The notes below the pieces were generated by a model. It searched no databases. It was not told the DNA's origin and saw only the letters and a list, made by a program, of their open reading frames with translations. A DNA stretch of 25,300 nt, taken from IMG/VR virus record IMGVR_UViG_3300042315_000461, positions 1 to 25,300 of that record. The stretch is one strand, 5' to 3'. This stretch comes from a virus. Taxonomy: Duplodnaviria; Caudoviricetes. Position 1 is the stretch's first letter; every line of letters begins with the position of its first letter. Of this stretch, positions 24,966 through 25,300 are shown piece after piece. A program made the position numbers and the translations under genes.

Positions 24966-24981
24966 AGACTACCACACGCCG
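24966..24981 (-). promoter_or_regulatory. Extended -10 (leaderless-type) promoter motif, copy 1
   Basis: CGGCGTGTGG-TAGTCT-N6-ATG before the portal gene; no SD. Confidence 0.7.
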
Positions 24982-25009
24982 TCAGTCGATGCACGCACGG
25001 TGCGTCAGG

Positions 25010-25264
25010 CTACTCGGCTGCGGTGTCTGCGGCCCCGGGCACGGGGGCTCCGTCGCGCAACACCGTCATACCGCCGCGCAGCGCATCCCACACGGCTTCG
25101 GACTCCGTGTCGAAACTCTCGCAAGCCTCCCACACAGAGCGGTCGGACGTGTAGGCGCGCTCCCAGTTCATCCGCTCAACGGCGATGCCGACTGCCTTGG
25201 CCAGCTCGGCAGCCTGCTTGATGTTGCTTTCGTCGTCGCGCAACACCGCTACGTGGTCCTTCAT
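25010..25264 (-). CDS. Hypothetical protein (84 aa)
   Basis: Protein-like acidic ORF on the same strand as all other genes; no family recognised. Confidence 0.65.
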   Translation of the reverse strand: MKDHVAVLRDDESNIKQAAELAKAVGIAVERMNWERAYTSDRSVWEACESFDTESEAVWDALRGGMTVLRDGAPVPGAADTAAE

Positions 25265-25300
25265 CGGCCCTGCATTGCACTCCCACAGAGTCCATATGCA

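Larger units (their letters stand above)
1..25300 (-). mobile_element. Tailed phage/prophage genome segment (siphovirus-like head-tail module plus early recombination/replication module)
   Basis: Co-oriented, tightly overlapping genes in the order portal-protease-decoration-capsid-connectors-tail tube-chaperone-tape measure-tail tip, followed by RecT, SSB, HTH and replication genes. No sheath-like gene and no host housekeeping genes seen. Confidence 0.96.

Noticed and set aside
31-25221. Numerous long plus-strand ORFs (e.g. 6785-8020, 8972-10522, 12650-13975, 22075-23796)
   Set aside because: Antisense shadows of real minus-strand genes in high-GC DNA; Arg/Ala/Pro-rich, with no motifs or RBS.

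Overview
This is a 25.3-kb, very GC-rich segment of a tailed (siphovirus-like) phage or prophage. Every credible gene is on the minus strand, and most are coupled by 1-8 nt stop/start overlaps. In transcription order (right to left) the virion genes are: Mu gp29/DUF935-like portal, tri-partite head protease/scaffold, decoration protein, major capsid, gpF-like head protein, head-tail joining genes, tail tube, tail chaperone with a -1 frameshift (CCCAAAA), a short tape measure and tail-tip genes interrupted by a Mom/DUF4338-like GNAT gene. The early region follows: HTH proteins, RecT, a DGQHR ParB-like protein, SSB, an HNH-Recombinase-domain fusion, a Cro-like gene and a replication initiator with an embedded origin-like repeat block. 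No terminase, integrase or lysis gene was recognised in the window. The most notable unannotated signals are regulatory. (1) A covarying GC stem with a fixed (G/C)AGG tetraloop abuts the Shine-Dalgarno of five non-structural genes. (2) A 16-nt extended -10 motif lies exactly 6 nt before the start codon of three structural gene blocks, suggesting leaderless promoters. (3) A ~140-bp early promoter/operator cassette is duplicated. (4) GATC is strongly depleted. All protein assignments come from motif recognition and synteny by eye; no database search was run.
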